NCBI RefSeq assembly: GCF_009834535.1
Contig: NC_045696.1
Span: 112,158,001 to 112,222,000, forward strand
Origin: Camelus ferus
Lineage: Eukaryota
Direction of reading: 5' to 3'
Length of the DNA: 64,000 nt
In this document: piece after piece, positions 61,903 to 64,000 of the stretch
Layout of the letters: every line of letters starts with the position of its first letter
Numbering within the stretch: position 1 is the first letter of the stretch
The notes under the pieces: model-generated
What the model saw: only the letters and a program-made list of their open reading frames with translations
What the model was told of the DNA's origin: nothing
The model's database searches: none
Translations under genes and position numbers: made by a program

Positions 61903-61930
61903 GTGTGTGTGTATGTGTGTACGTGTGTGT
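61903..61930. repeat. Imperfect (TG)n microsatellite
   Basis: gtgtgtgtgtatgtgtgtacgtgtgtgt. Confidence 0.9.
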
Positions 61931-62029
61931 TACTGAGCCTGCTTGAGCACGTGCAGATGTATTTGTACGCGTGCATCGGGACATGTAGGGATGGAGACCA
62001 AGAAGGAGGAAGACTAGCCTCGTGCCCCT

Positions 62030-62150
62030 TTGTCTAAGATGGAATTTAACGTCTTCAATCTTGCTCCTCTTTGGCTCTGCCGCTGACTTGGGGCAAGTCG
62101 ACACCCTCTCTAAGCCTCAACGAATCATCTGTAAGGTGGAGATACTTACA
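62030..62150 (+). mobile_element. MIR fragment
   Basis: gacttggggcaagtcgacaccctctctaagcctcaacgaatcatctgtaaggtggagatac. Confidence 0.7.
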
Positions 62151-62179
62151 GCACGTCCTCTGCTTCACCTCCAAAACTC

Positions 62180-62825
62180 ATCAGCCTGTCCACTTCCCAG
62201 AGAAGTCTCTCAAAATGCTCTCCAGCCCTCAGCCACCACCCTAGGGCAAGGCACCATCCTCTCTCTCCTGGGTTACCGCAAGGGCATCTTAACGAGTCTC
62301 CCAGGATCAATTCAAGTTCCCCTCCAGCTGATTTTGCACACTGTAGCCAGAATAACATTTCCAAAATACAAATCTGATCACGTCCCCACCACGTGCTCTC
62401 TTTAAATGGCTTCTTATTATGTTTCCCACAACCCCCTGCGCAGCCTGGCCCCTGCTTACATGCCCTGCCTATCTGTCCACCTCTCTCTTGAGTGCATCAG
62501 ACAATGGGCCTTGCCAGCACACGGCCTTGTTACCCTGTTTCCTTTGTGGGAATGCTTCTCCCTTCCCGGTTCACCTGGTTACCTCAGCGTATTGCTTCCT
62601 CAGGGAAGCCTGTCCTGACCACACCCTGATGAGGGTCAAGCTCCTCTGTTAGGACTACTCCTTTACTTTGGGAAATATCTCAGGTTTTAATGATACATTC
62701 ATGGCTGTGATGATTGAGGCCATGCTGCTCCCACCTGTTAAACTGGAAGCTCATGCCTCTGACGCAGGACCTGGAGATGCATGAATATTCAAATACACGA
62801 GGGAATAAATGGGTGGATACATGAA
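62180..62825 (+). mobile_element. L2 (L2a-like) 3' region
   Basis: gccaccaccctagggcaaggcaccatc...tgcacactgtagccagaataacatttccaaaatacaaatctgatcacgtc...cctcagggaagcctgtcctgacc...gaataaatgggtggatacatgaa. Confidence 0.8.
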
Positions 62826-63041
62826 CGAAGACACGAATGGGCGAATTCTGGGGCACCTGTCTTCCATTGCTGCTCAAGGGACACTGGTGAATGTAATCAC
62901 CAAGCTGAGTCATCAAGGTTTGATTTATAACATAGAACCACCTGAATGGTTTTACTAAGCATGGTGACACCTTCCTCTGCCTTTCATCTTCCAGGGCTCT
63001 ATGGAGCACCGAGTACCCATATTTTAGAATTCTGCCTCCCT

Positions 63042-63618
63042 TGTATTATCTATGGCTGTACAAAAAATTCCTCAGAACTTAATGGCTTAAAGCAACAGCA
63101 TTTATAATCTCACAGCTTCTTTCAGTCAAGAGTCTGGGCACAGCTTAGCTGGGTCTCCAAGGTCTCCTACTGGCTGCAATCAAGGTGTTGACTGGGCTAC
63201 AGTCATCTTAGGCCTGACTGGGAAAAGATCCACTTTCAATTTCATGCATCTTTTTCAGAATTCAGTTATTCATGAGATGTTAGATGGAGGACCTCAGTTC
63301 CTAGAAGGATACTGGAGGAAGGCCACTCTCCATTTGTTGCCAAGGAGGACTCTCCAACATGGCAGCTTGCTTTGTCAAGACAAGCATGATATTGAGGAAG
63401 AAGGCAGGGAGAGAGAAAGAGAGAGAAAGCCAGCAAGATAGACATCACGGTCTTTTATAACCTCATGATGGAAATGACATCCATCACCTTTGCCATAGCT
63501 CTTTATTAGGAGAAAGTCACCAGGTCTACTATGCATACACAAGGGGAGGAGGTTAAAAAAGGGAGTGGATACCAGGAGGTGAGGATCACTGAGAATCATT
63601 TTAGGAGCCTGCCTGCCC
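63042..63618 (-). mobile_element. MLT1F-type solo LTR, near full length
   Basis: tgtattatctatggctg...cttaatggcttaaagcaacagc...gcacagcttagctgggtc...ggctgcaatcaaggtg...caacatggcagcttgct...gataccaggaggtgaggatcac. Confidence 0.88.
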
Positions 63619-64000
63619 TGCTCAAAAGTAGAGTTACTTAGTAACCATGTCCTTCATCCTGTCTGACTGGACCCTAACCCAGGGCCAGTCACAGATTGGC
63701 CCCTTAGAAATGCTTGTGGCTGTCCCTGATGATGGAATAATCCTGCTCAGCATGGCGGTCCCATGGCAGGTGACCTTATTGATCCACAGCTTCAGATTTC
63801 TCTGCTTCTTCACAAGGTGTGTCAGGGAGAGAAACAGTCAGCCTGACCCAGCAAGGTCATCCTGACTCCATTTCCATTAAATAAATATTCACAGGCTCCG
63901 GCAAGCCACCTCTAAGGTGTCAGGTATTACGTTTTAATTTCGGCAATTATGTGGCCTCCCGTCAGATTGATGTGACACCAGTGTTGAGATACAGAGGAAC

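Noticed and set aside
45-63865. Remaining ORFs of the six-frame track as genes
   Set aside because: Short, overlapping on both strands, often inside TEs or padded by N; no recognisable domain or consistent splice chain.
1-64000. CRISPR array, operon or prokaryotic defence system
   Set aside because: Sequence is mammalian and repeat-rich, with no regularly spaced direct repeats and no dense ORFs.

Overview
Mammalian genomic DNA, most likely from a camelid (alpaca/llama/camel group). The species call rests on three tRNA-Ala-derived SINEs of the camelid Vic-1 type and on cetartiodactyl-type L1 3' UTRs. The window reads as intronic or intergenic. I could not recognise any protein-coding gene, functional RNA gene, CRISPR array or prokaryotic system. 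The ORF track consists of chance ORFs plus decayed L1 ORF2 C-termini. A large part of the window is a layered transposon record: ancient L3/CR1, L2, MIR, HAL1/L1M, MaLR LTRs (MLT1), hAT and Tigger DNA elements, and younger lineage-specific L1 and SINE insertions, several with target-site duplications (TSDs). Twelve N runs of 136-324 bp are present; seven lie in young L1s and five fall in three clusters with unrecognised flanks. The least explained structure is a 120-bp, 92%-identical inverted duplication (59381-59500 / 60664-60783) that matches no repeat I recognise and has short direct duplications at both edges of one arm. A few plus-strand exon-like segments are weak candidates for an unidentified host transcript. 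Repeat family names come from recalled consensus sequences, not a database search, and boundaries of old elements are approximate.
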